Below are positions 21,982 to 28,703 of a DNA stretch of 29,552 nucleotides, in pieces (within the stretch, counting starts at the first letter, position 1; each line of letters opens with the position of its first letter). The stretch lies in the IMG/VR virus record IMGVR_UViG_3300008452_005759; one strand, 5' to 3'. A program made the translations under genes and the position numbers. The DNA is from a virus. The notes beneath the pieces are model-generated. The model saw nothing but the letters and a program-made list of their open reading frames with translations. It ran no database searches and was not told where the DNA came from.

Positions 21982-22339
21982 TTACATTGATGATCTTGAT
22001 TTAACTTCTGATCAAGACCTTGACTCTTTTAAACAGTTAGTTATTGCTGACATTAAGGGTTCTATTTCTGAGGAAGAAAAAATACATCTTCTTAATAATC
22101 TTGCTCTTTGGAATTACAATTTGCAGACTTTAAGAAGAGACATGGAACTTCAACTTTCTTGTCAGAAGTCCAAAATAAAAATGCAGGTAGCAAACTTTGA
22201 TCAAATGTCTGAACATGAAAAGTCTCAGACTAAATTGTTCATCAATGATCAACATAAGTGGCGTATGTCTGCATTAAAATTTCTCTCTAACATTGAGCGT
22301 AAAGCTTTATATGTCAAGATGCTATTGACAAATAGCTAG
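21965..22339 (+). CDS. hypothetical protein
   Basis: 124-aa ATG ORF overlapping the upstream end by 17 nt. Confidence 0.55.
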   Translation: MNQINDYIDDLDLTSDQDLDSFKQLVIADIKGSISEEEKIHLLNNLALWNYNLQTLRRDMELQLSCQKSKIKMQVANFDQMSEHEKSQTKLFINDQHKWRMSALKFLSNIERKALYVKMLLTNS

Positions 22340-22354
22340 TTATTCTGTTATGGT
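22325..22354 (+). promoter_or_regulatory. sigma-70/SigA-type promoter positioned for a leaderless transcript
   Basis: TTGACA (22325-22330), 18-nt spacer containing TG (22346-22347), then TATGGT (22349-22354). The ATG at 22361 begins 7 nt after the -10 hexamer. Confidence 0.45.
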
Positions 22355-22360
22355 ATACAT

Positions 22361-22798
22361 ATGTCTGTCAATGTAGTAGAAAAACTGGCTTCTTTACAGC
22401 CAACTCTTTTTGAGGAAGAATCTTATTCTTTTTTGATATTTTACCAAAGTCTTAAACCTTGGTATTTTTATGATAGTGAATCTCTTGGTTTAGAATTTGT
22501 AAATACACAAATTAATAAGTTTTCTCTACTTGACGGACGTATACCATTTTTGAAAAATGTATCTTCTGACATGCCTGAAGATTATTGGTCATCTGTTCCT
22601 CTTGGCGTCTTTAGATATAAAATGTTATCTGATATGTCATTTGGTCTACTTAATGACTACAAGAACATTCCCGGATATATAGTCGAGGGAATGTACTGGG
22701 ATAATGGGTTTTTTTATTTGGTTAGAGACCAAGATAAAACAATTCAGTCTAAAATGTTTATCGACATTGAGACAAAACAAAGAGCCAATTATCCTTAA
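22361..22798 (+). CDS. hypothetical protein
   Basis: 145-aa ATG ORF with no SD upstream. Confidence 0.6.
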   Translation: MSVNVVEKLASLQPTLFEEESYSFLIFYQSLKPWYFYDSESLGLEFVNTQINKFSLLDGRIPFLKNVSSDMPEDYWSSVPLGVFRYKMLSDMSFGLLNDYKNIPGYIVEGMYWDNGFFYLVRDQDKTIQSKMFIDIETKQRANYP

Positions 22799-22804
22799 TT
22801 ATAA

Positions 22805-22878
22805 GCCCTCGTAGCTCAGCTGGATAGAGCATCGGACTTCTAATCCGCAGGTCGTATGTTCGAATCATACCGAGGGCG
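22805..22878 (+). tRNA. tRNA-Arg (anticodon UCU)
   Basis: Acceptor gccctcg/cgagggc. Anticodon arm tcgga-cTTCTAa-tccgc. T arm gtatg-ttcgaat-catac. Confidence 0.92.
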
Positions 22879-22880
22879 CT

Positions 22881-23096
22881 ATGAAATATAAAATTATTGC
22901 TAAGCTAGATGAACAAAAATACAAATCTTGCAAAGAGATGGACCCAAATCTTTGGCCAAAGCTTAAAGATAAAGTATACACTTTAGGTGTATGGCCTACA
23001 AGAGATTGGGCCGAATGGTCAGCTAAGAGCCATAGAGAATATAGATTTTCTAATTTAGACATATCTACAGTAGAAATCGTTGAAATACATGAGTGA
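22881..23096 (+). CDS. hypothetical protein
   Basis: ATG 22881 lies 2 nt after the tRNA-Arg discriminator. 71 aa. Confidence 0.6.
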   Translation: MKYKIIAKLDEQKYKSCKEMDPNLWPKLKDKVYTLGVWPTRDWAEWSAKSHREYRFSNLDISTVEIVEIHE

Positions 23097-23283
23097 TCAG
23101 GAGCACAAGATGGAAAAATATACTGCTGTTATAACTATAACTATTGATGAGTTTGAAGCTCACGATGCAGATCACGAACGTGATATCGTACAGATTTTTA
23201 TCAAGAGAATACTAGATGCTAGAATCTGTGAATCTTCTGATATTCAAGTACAAGTCGATACCTTTATCAAGGAAGATGCTTAG
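23089..23283 (+). CDS. hypothetical acidic protein
   Basis: ATG 23089 overlaps the upstream stop (ATGAGTGA). Confidence 0.5.
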   Translation: MSDQEHKMEKYTAVITITIDEFEAHDADHERDIVQIFIKRILDARICESSDIQVQVDTFIKEDA

Positions 23284-23285
23284 TT

Positions 23286-23441
23286 ATGACAAATGAACCA
23301 GAGCAAAATGAAGAACTTTCAGAAGAAAAAACTTTTGCTGAACAAGTAGAAGAGTCTCTTTCTTTTATAGTTAATATGATGAATGAAGGCAAGGCTGATC
23401 CCAAAGAAGTTTATCCCTCAAATAGATACCACGGCGACTAA
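23286..23441 (+). CDS. 51-aa acidic hypothetical protein (not in ORF track)
   Basis: ATG 23286; MTNEPEQNEELSEEKTFAEQVEE... It ends 1 nt before ATG 23443. Confidence 0.4.
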   Translation: MTNEPEQNEELSEEKTFAEQVEESLSFIVNMMNEGKADPKEVYPSNRYHGD

Positions 23442-23442
23442 C

Positions 23443-23649
23443 ATGTTGGACATAGTTGCAGATCTTCTTAATGCTTTTCAAGATGATCAACATACGTATG
23501 ACGCAACACTTTATGCTCGCGCAGCTTTGGAAATTCAAACTCTTCGCTCTTTAGCAGAAGATATGTATGTCACCTTAATAAATGAAATTGGTCAGACTGC
23601 AGCTTCTGCAAACTACGAACAGTACGTACGAATGCAAAGTATTCCATAG
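23443..23649 (+). CDS. hypothetical protein
   Basis: Track ORF 23383..23649. The internal ATG 23443 avoids overlap with the 23286 ORF. The start is uncertain. Confidence 0.5.
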   Translation: MLDIVADLLNAFQDDQHTYDATLYARAALEIQTLRSLAEDMYVTLINEIGQTAASANYEQYVRMQSIP

Positions 23650-23660
23650 TTTTAATTTTT

Positions 23661-23747
23661 GGAACGGTGGCTGAGTGGCCGAAAGCAACGGTTTGCTAAA
23701 CCGTCGAACCAGCAATGGTTCCGGAGGTTCGAATCCTCCTCGTTCCG
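23661..23747 (+). tRNA. tRNA-Ser (anticodon GCU), class II
   Basis: Acceptor ggaacgg/tcgttcc. Anticodon arm acggt-tTGCTAa-accgt. Variable arm gaacc-agcaa-tggttc. T arm ggagg-ttcgaat-cctcc. Confidence 0.9.
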
Positions 23748-23768
23748 CTCTAATATTAGAAAGTTAAC

Positions 23769-24020
23769 ATGAAGACTTACAGAAATGAAATTTACAATCA
23801 TACCTTTACCAACAGTTCTTTTATAGAAAAGGCTTCTTGGTTTAATGAAGGTAATATACTAATGCTTACTTTCGGTACCGGTTCCGTTTGGCACTACTAT
23901 GATGTTCCATTTGAAATTTATTCCGGTTTTATTAAAGCTCCATCTCATGGAAAATATTTTAATGAGAATATCAGAAACATTTACTCTGGAGAACGGGTAT
24001 ACTACACTTCTCAAGCTTAA
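23769..24020 (+). CDS. KTSC-domain protein
   Basis: SSFIEKASWFNEGNILMLTFGTGSVWHYYDVPFEIYSGFIKAPSHGKYFNENIRNIY matches the KTSC pattern (S-x-I...Y...L-x-V-x-F...Y-x-Y-x-x-VP...A-x-S-x-G-x-YFN). Confidence 0.65.
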   Translation: MKTYRNEIYNHTFTNSSFIEKASWFNEGNILMLTFGTGSVWHYYDVPFEIYSGFIKAPSHGKYFNENIRNIYSGERVYYTSQA

Positions 24021-24029
24021 GGTTTTTTA

Positions 24030-24179
24030 ATGTCTAAAAGAAAAAAGAATAAAAATAAATATAAAAACAAGACTTATTCAAAGCCAGTTGCTTATTCTTA
24101 TTCTAGTTCTAAAGATATTAAACCTTTAGCTTTTCAAGTTTTTGGCTCTTTATATTATACTTCTCAAAAACAATCTTGA
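24030..24179 (+). CDS. 49-aa highly basic peptide (not in ORF track)
   Basis: ATG 24030; MSKRKKNKNKYKNKTYSKP... Confidence 0.35.
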   Translation: MSKRKKNKNKYKNKTYSKPVAYSYSSSKDIKPLAFQVFGSLYYTSQKQS

Positions 24180-24204
24180 TAAATCCTATATTTTAGTGTA
24201 TACT
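24176..24204 (+). promoter_or_regulatory. sigma-70/SigA-type promoter upstream of the HslV-like gene
   Basis: TTGATA (24176-24181), 17-nt spacer, TATACT (24199-24204). An 8-bp inverted repeat tttagtgt/acactaaa (24192-24199 / 24213-24220) overlaps the -10 and early leader. SD GAGGA lies before ATG 24234. Confidence 0.55.
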
Positions 24205-24233
24205 AAATCAAAACACTAAACAGAGGATTTTAA

Positions 24234-24848
24234 ATGACTACAATACTCGCTATTCAAGGTCAAGGTTTTGCTACCGTCTCTGTTGATTCTCGCATATCTA
24301 CAATGGATGAGGGAGGATTTGCCTCTCAGATCACAACCCTAGGGGAAGGTTCTTCTAAGGTTGCTAGAGTCGGCAAGTATCTTTTAGGCGCTGCCGGCGA
24401 TATGAGAGCAATCAACATCTTGCACCATGTTTTTCAGCCCCCAACTTTGACTCCTGGTTTAACAGGAAAAAAGCTAGATCAATTTATTACAATGAAATTT
24501 GTTCCAGCTTTGCGCGACTGTTTTGAGAAACAGGGTTATGCTTCACCAGAAAATGACTCTGCGACGCACATTGCACAGCATGGGTCTACCATTCTTACAG
24601 TAGTAAATGGCTCCATATATGTTATCGATGGAGATTATTCTTGGACATCTGATTACCACGGTGTTTACGCTTTAGGAACTGGTTCTTCTTATGTTTTAGG
24701 TGCTGCAAACGCTTTGCTTGCCAATAAGAAGAACCTCACTCCTGCACAAATTAAAACCATTTCTCTCAAGGCTATGAGAATAGCTTCTAGCTTTGATCCA
24801 TATACTGGTCCACCTTTTTATACCCACACTCAAGAGGAAGAAAAATAA
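24234..24848 (+). CDS. HslV / proteasome-beta-like N-terminal-nucleophile (Thr) peptidase
   Basis: The protein starts MTTILAIQGQGFATVSVDSR, so Thr is exposed after Met removal, as in HslV (MTTIV...). SSKVARVGKYLLGAAGDMRA matches the HslV Lys33 and GxAG region. ALGTGSSYVLGAA matches the GSG block. Confidence 0.75.
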   Translation: MTTILAIQGQGFATVSVDSRISTMDEGGFASQITTLGEGSSKVARVGKYLLGAAGDMRAINILHHVFQPPTLTPGLTGKKLDQFITMKFVPALRDCFEKQGYASPENDSATHIAQHGSTILTVVNGSIYVIDGDYSWTSDYHGVYALGTGSSYVLGAANALLANKKNLTPAQIKTISLKAMRIASSFDPYTGPPFYTHTQEEEK

Positions 24849-25273
24849 TGATTTCTGCTCCCTGGCCAATGCCTCAAAGTTCACTTAAAAGTTCTTCTCA
24901 ACCTCGGTTTATAGCTCAAAGTTTTTCTCTTGACGGATGTTATGATCCAAAAGGAAAAATTCCTTTTCCTAAAAATTCTTTTGATTCAACTCCTTATTTA
25001 GATCTTTATAATAAGCTTGACACTTTACCAATTGTGAAAGCTGGTTTTCCTACTGTTAAAGGAACTATTCAAGTTTCTCAAAGTCAACTTCCTCCTGAAG
25101 TTTTTGAAAAACATGCTTTTCCCGCCACAATTCAAACAACCGCTAAATATTTTGGTTTACCTTCTGAACATTTAGCTTCTGTTACTGTAGAAGCTTCTGA
25201 AGATTTTCTTAATACTTTTTTGTATACGGTCACAATAGAAAGATATTTGTCTGATTACGGCGAACCATTCTGA
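24848..25273 (+). CDS. hypothetical protein (translationally coupled to the HslV-like gene)
   Basis: TAATG overlap at 24846-24850. 141 aa. Confidence 0.55.
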   Translation: MISAPWPMPQSSLKSSSQPRFIAQSFSLDGCYDPKGKIPFPKNSFDSTPYLDLYNKLDTLPIVKAGFPTVKGTIQVSQSQLPPEVFEKHAFPATIQTTAKYFGLPSEHLASVTVEASEDFLNTFLYTVTIERYLSDYGEPF

Positions 25274-25285
25274 TATAATATTTTC

Positions 25286-25543
25286 ATGGATTTTCTTTTA
25301 CAAGCAAAAATAGACAATATAATTTCTGAAATAGAAAATCAGCTAGAAAAAGATTTTGTTGACGATTCTATTGCAAGAACTTTAATGGCTGTTTCTATTA
25401 ATAGAATAAATCTCTTAATGACTCACATTGGTTTTTTAGAATCCAAACTAGAGTCTACAATTGAGTCTAATCGCATGATGGCTATTCATGCAGAAAACTT
25501 AATTGCAGAAAATCAAAGATTGTCACAAATAGCAAGGTATTAA
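25286..25543 (+). CDS. hypothetical coiled-coil protein
   Basis: 85-aa ATG ORF. Confidence 0.5.
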   Translation: MDFLLQAKIDNIISEIENQLEKDFVDDSIARTLMAVSINRINLLMTHIGFLESKLESTIESNRMMAIHAENLIAENQRLSQIARY

Positions 25544-25544
25544 T

Positions 25545-25733
25545 ATGGCTCAACCAGATGATTTGATTAGGAAAAATCTTTCCTATCAATGGGGGCCAGA
25601 AGTTGTAGTACAATGTTGTAGATATTGGAAACTGCACATAACTGACGGAAATTGGGGCAACTGTGGAATCTGCAAACAAAGACCTAAACTTACACAACTA
25701 ACATGGGATGAATTAGATGAAATCAATAATTAA
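25545..25733 (+). CDS. hypothetical Cys-containing small protein
   Basis: 62-aa ATG ORF; CCRYW...CGIC. Confidence 0.5.
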   Translation: MAQPDDLIRKNLSYQWGPEVVVQCCRYWKLHITDGNWGNCGICKQRPKLTQLTWDELDEINN

Positions 25734-26106
25734 CGCCATCAATAATTTAAGTATGGCAATTAACAACTTAGCTTCTTCTATCAAGAGCAAAAACGTTGTT
25801 ACCAGTGTAGCTTCTAAGTCTACAACTAGCAACCCTTATGCTGGTAACTCAAGTATAACAAAGTATTACTCTTATTCTAATTCTAAGGGTAAAAATTTAT
25901 TATCTGCTATTTCTGATGCAGAGCATAAAGCTCTTATGAGTATATATAATGCTATTACAGATAAAGGATCTCATCCTGATCATCATGAGCATATAATGAG
26001 AGAGCTTAAAACTAAGTGGCCAACTCTTTACAAAGCTTTAGATGAATTGATCTTGGCTCGCAGCAATCCTAAATATAGCTCTATTTGGAAAGAGAAAGAA
26101 CTCTAG
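25717..26106 (+). CDS. hypothetical protein
   Basis: 129-aa ATG ORF. Confidence 0.5.
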   Translation: MKSIINAINNLSMAINNLASSIKSKNVVTSVASKSTTSNPYAGNSSITKYYSYSNSKGKNLLSAISDAEHKALMSIYNAITDKGSHPDHHEHIMRELKTKWPTLYKALDELILARSNPKYSSIWKEKEL

Positions 26107-26111
26107 AACTA

Positions 26112-26468
26112 ATGGTTGACCATGAGGCCATGCGCAATGCTTATTTAAGGGCAGTTGGCTCTGACGAGCAGATTCCAGCTCAATTTAAAAAACCCTATAG
26201 GGGTAAAATTGGGAAAAAATTTTTAAGGCCTTTTTCCTTTTTACCTTTTTCTTTGATTCTGAAAAAACTTTTTAAAAAAGATAGACTCACTGTAGTACTA
26301 AGGTCTTCTGAGACCTCAAAAAAAATTGAGGTTATTAAGTTTACTCCAGAAGAAACTGATACTATAATGAATGCAGCATCAACTATGCACATGACAGTAG
26401 AAGAACTTTTTCATCATGTTTTTAAGGAGATAATCAAAGATGCAGAAAGAAAAACTAACTTGCGATAA
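26112..26468 (+). CDS. hypothetical protein, C-terminal half possibly ribbon-helix-helix-like
   Basis: ATG 26112; the track start at 26085 is TTG. The C-terminal part is LTVVLRSSETSKKIEVIKFTPEETDTIMNAASTMHMTVEELFHHVF. The middle of the gene carries unusual palindromes and repeats (see findings). Confidence 0.4.
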   Translation: MVDHEAMRNAYLRAVGSDEQIPAQFKKPYRGKIGKKFLRPFSFLPFSLILKKLFKKDRLTVVLRSSETSKKIEVIKFTPEETDTIMNAASTMHMTVEELFHHVFKEIIKDAERKTNLR

Positions 26469-26760
26469 CTGCCATAAAGACTGGCAGAGAATTCCTTCTA
26501 GAGGAAGAAAGCCAAAGCTATGTCCTTCTTGCATTACTGGTCCAGCTCAAGTCAAGGATTCTCCTAAGCCTGTATTGCAGAAGGTAGTGCAAAAGGTGAC
26601 ACAAGATGACTCTATGCCTTTTCCTGGCCCCACCAAATGGGCCTGCTCTTCTTGTGGGGCCTCTGTAAAAATAGAAATAGACATGAAGTACGCACCAACC
26701 CACCAGTGCAAAAAGCGCCTTAAAAGAACTTACGCTCTTGAATTAATACGGGAAGCGTAA
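26440..26760 (+). CDS. double zinc-ribbon protein
   Basis: CDNC...CPSC and CSSC...HQC motifs. 106 aa. Confidence 0.55.
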   Translation: MQKEKLTCDNCHKDWQRIPSRGRKPKLCPSCITGPAQVKDSPKPVLQKVVQKVTQDDSMPFPGPTKWACSSCGASVKIEIDMKYAPTHQCKKRLKRTYALELIREA

Positions 26761-26873
26761 TTAAAAAATATTCATACAAAAAAGAACTTGTTATTTCTTT
26801 CACATAATTTTGTGAAATGATTCTCAAATATATCTGTTATTATAATGGTTGGAAAAAATTTTAAGGAGACCAT

Positions 26874-27011
26874 ATGCATTACGGTATTGATGAAATCATG
26901 ATCAAATATATGAGAAACACAGATTCTTTTAAAAAGAAAAAAGCACGCAACAAAGAAAGCCACTTTGTTGCTATCGCTCGCAAAGAGCGTAAGACTAAAC
27001 AAAAGATCTAA
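26874..27011 (+). CDS. 45-aa basic peptide (not in ORF track)
   Basis: A strong SD AAGGAG (26863-26868) lies 5 nt before ATG 26874, and TATAAT is at 26841-26846. Preferred over the antisense track ORF 26772..27002. Confidence 0.45.
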   Translation: MHYGIDEIMIKYMRNTDSFKKKKARNKESHFVAIARKERKTKQKI

Positions 27012-27033
27012 TTTTTTAAACTAGAACCTCAGA

Positions 27034-27873
27034 TTACAGAATACCACGAGCAACTTTTATTGCTGTTTCTGTTGAGGAAACAACATTTTTTAAAGTTTTT
27101 CTAGACATAACTCCTGTTCTTAATTCTTTTAATGTTTGATTTATTGTTTCTTTTTCAAAACCACTAAATTCTCTTGCTACAGTTTCTCTGTCTCCTATTA
27201 AGGTAACAAAACCTTTAAGTCTTGCTTCCAAATTTTCAATAAGGCCATCGAAGTCTCCGCGTAGTCCACCAATAGTTTGCTCTTGAGCCATAGTTTCATC
27301 CGCACTAATGCCCGGAATAAAAAGTTGTGGCTTTAATCCTTGAAATGGTTTATCGGGAGATATTAAAGCATTACCGACTTCTATTGGACTATGTGGGTTG
27401 GTTCTTTGACCGAAAAGAAACCTTTCAGCATCAAGGGTTACTTGACTGTTTTTGCCAATTTTTAATATTTCTTTAGCGTCATTTGTATAGATTTCAGATC
27501 CTGAAAGAATATTAGGATCTGGACTAAGTCCTTGTAGTATTTCTTTGTTTACTGGTACCCTATATAAATCCATTATGTCTCTACCTTCGCCCTTAAGACC
27601 TCCCACAGAAAAGTCTTCGCTGTATGTTGAAGTAAACAAGTCTTGGCTGTAGATTGAAGAAAATGGATTAGTATAAAAATGCAATATCTTATCTTCAACA
27701 AATGAAGCGCCCGCTTTTTTAGCAGATTCTCTTGTAAATCCTTTCTCTAAAAGAGTTTCCCTCATGCTTTTAGGAGCAAAGTGATACAAATAGCCACTTG
27801 CCTCAAGAAAACCTTTTCTAGCATTAATTTTATTGAGCTCCTGTAAATTTTCCAAGGAACTCTCTGATATCAT
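27034..27873 (-). CDS. hypothetical protein; N-terminal motif faintly reminiscent of ADP-ribosyltransferase-fold proteins
   Basis: 279-aa minus-strand ORF with AGGAG 9 nt upstream of its ATG. GYLYHFAPKSMRETLLEKGF ... ILHFYTNPF resembles the (L/V)YH-x-T...L-x-x-I-L-x-x-G block of Tpt1/DarT-type folds only loosely. Confidence 0.6.
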   Translation of the reverse strand: MISESSLENLQELNKINARKGFLEASGYLYHFAPKSMRETLLEKGFTRESAKKAGASFVEDKILHFYTNPFSSIYSQDLFTSTYSEDFSVGGLKGEGRDIMDLYRVPVNKEILQGLSPDPNILSGSEIYTNDAKEILKIGKNSQVTLDAERFLFGQRTNPHSPIEVGNALISPDKPFQGLKPQLFIPGISADETMAQEQTIGGLRGDFDGLIENLEARLKGFVTLIGDRETVAREFSGFEKETINQTLKELRTGVMSRKTLKNVVSSTETAIKVARGIL

Positions 27874-27901
27874 GTCGTGAATTCTCCTAAATCTAATGCC
27901 C

Positions 27902-28105
27902 CTAACATCTAATTCTGTTGATCCGACCGCGAGAAATTAAATTTCCAATTGTAAGAAGTCTTTTTTCTTTTGCCCTAAGATAAAGAGCAGATGGTGGATC
28001 TGCATATTTTCTGGGTGAAATTTCAGACAAAAATTCTTCTGTAATACCAGTTTGAAAAAATCTGTTGGTACCAAAAAATTGATCATAATCAGATCCAGGT
28101 TTCAA
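27902..28105 (-). CDS. hypothetical protein (start uncertain, TTG)
   Basis: 67-aa minus-strand ORF with no ATG start. Its frame stays open a further 19 codons upstream with no ATG/GTG/TTG start codon. Confidence 0.3.
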   Translation of the reverse strand: MKPGSDYDQFFGTNRFFQTGITEEFLSEISPRKYADPPSALYLRAKEKRLLTIGNLISRGRINRIRC

Positions 28106-28238
28106 CGCTTCTTTTAACTTTTCTTGAATATTTAAAAATTCATTAACTGGAGCACCGTTGCATTACAAAAACCTTTTATTAATTAACACTACTAATATAG
28201 TAACAGGTATAGACTAGACCTCAAATCACACATTTTTC

Positions 28239-28247
28239 TGATATACT
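28239..28247 (+). promoter_or_regulatory. extended -10 promoter element positioned for a leaderless transcript
   Basis: TGaTATACT (TG 28239-28240, hexamer 28242-28247). ATG 28255 starts 7 nt after the hexamer. There is no SD. Confidence 0.4.
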
Positions 28248-28254
28248 AGTTGTT

Positions 28255-28530
28255 ATGAATTACACAGATACATACAGAAGAATCTACGAAACAATTTCAA
28301 ATTTGGATATACCACACGAAAAAGCACACAGGGCTGCTTTAAAAATAACTGATTCTCTCAGTGAGATATATCTATACTCAAATAGACAATTTCCAGAGAA
28401 GCTGCCTGATATACTAGAAATAGCTGAAGTCTTCTGTGCCGAAGCTAAACTCGGTGGCTATGACATAGATGATAAAGGCTATCCAGTAGGTTATGGTATT
28501 AAGGCAGACGGATTAAAAAGCAGCAAGTAG
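28255..28530 (+). CDS. hypothetical protein
   Basis: 91-aa ATG ORF. Confidence 0.55.
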   Translation: MNYTDTYRRIYETISNLDIPHEKAHRAALKITDSLSEIYLYSNRQFPEKLPDILEIAEVFCAEAKLGGYDIDDKGYPVGYGIKADGLKSSK

Positions 28531-28608
28531 TACGTGCGCCAATTCTTAATTAAGTTAACGATAAATAAGATCATATCTATAAAGCCCATGGTGAGATAGT
28601 ACAGTTCT

Positions 28609-28682
<74 letters not shown>

Positions 28683-28703
28683 ATTTAAACAAGAAAGAAT
28701 AAA

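Noticed and set aside
23286-23649. Possible programmed frameshift joining ORF 23286..23441 to 23383..23649
   Set aside because: There is no slippery heptamer or downstream structure at the overlap. A simple stop (23439-23441) followed by ATG 23443 explains the arrangement.
26772-27002. 76-aa minus-strand track ORF
   Set aside because: It has no SD and an implausible sequence. The opposite strand has TATAAT, AAGGAG and an ATG at 26874 opening a 45-codon basic ORF, which I prefer, though with modest confidence.
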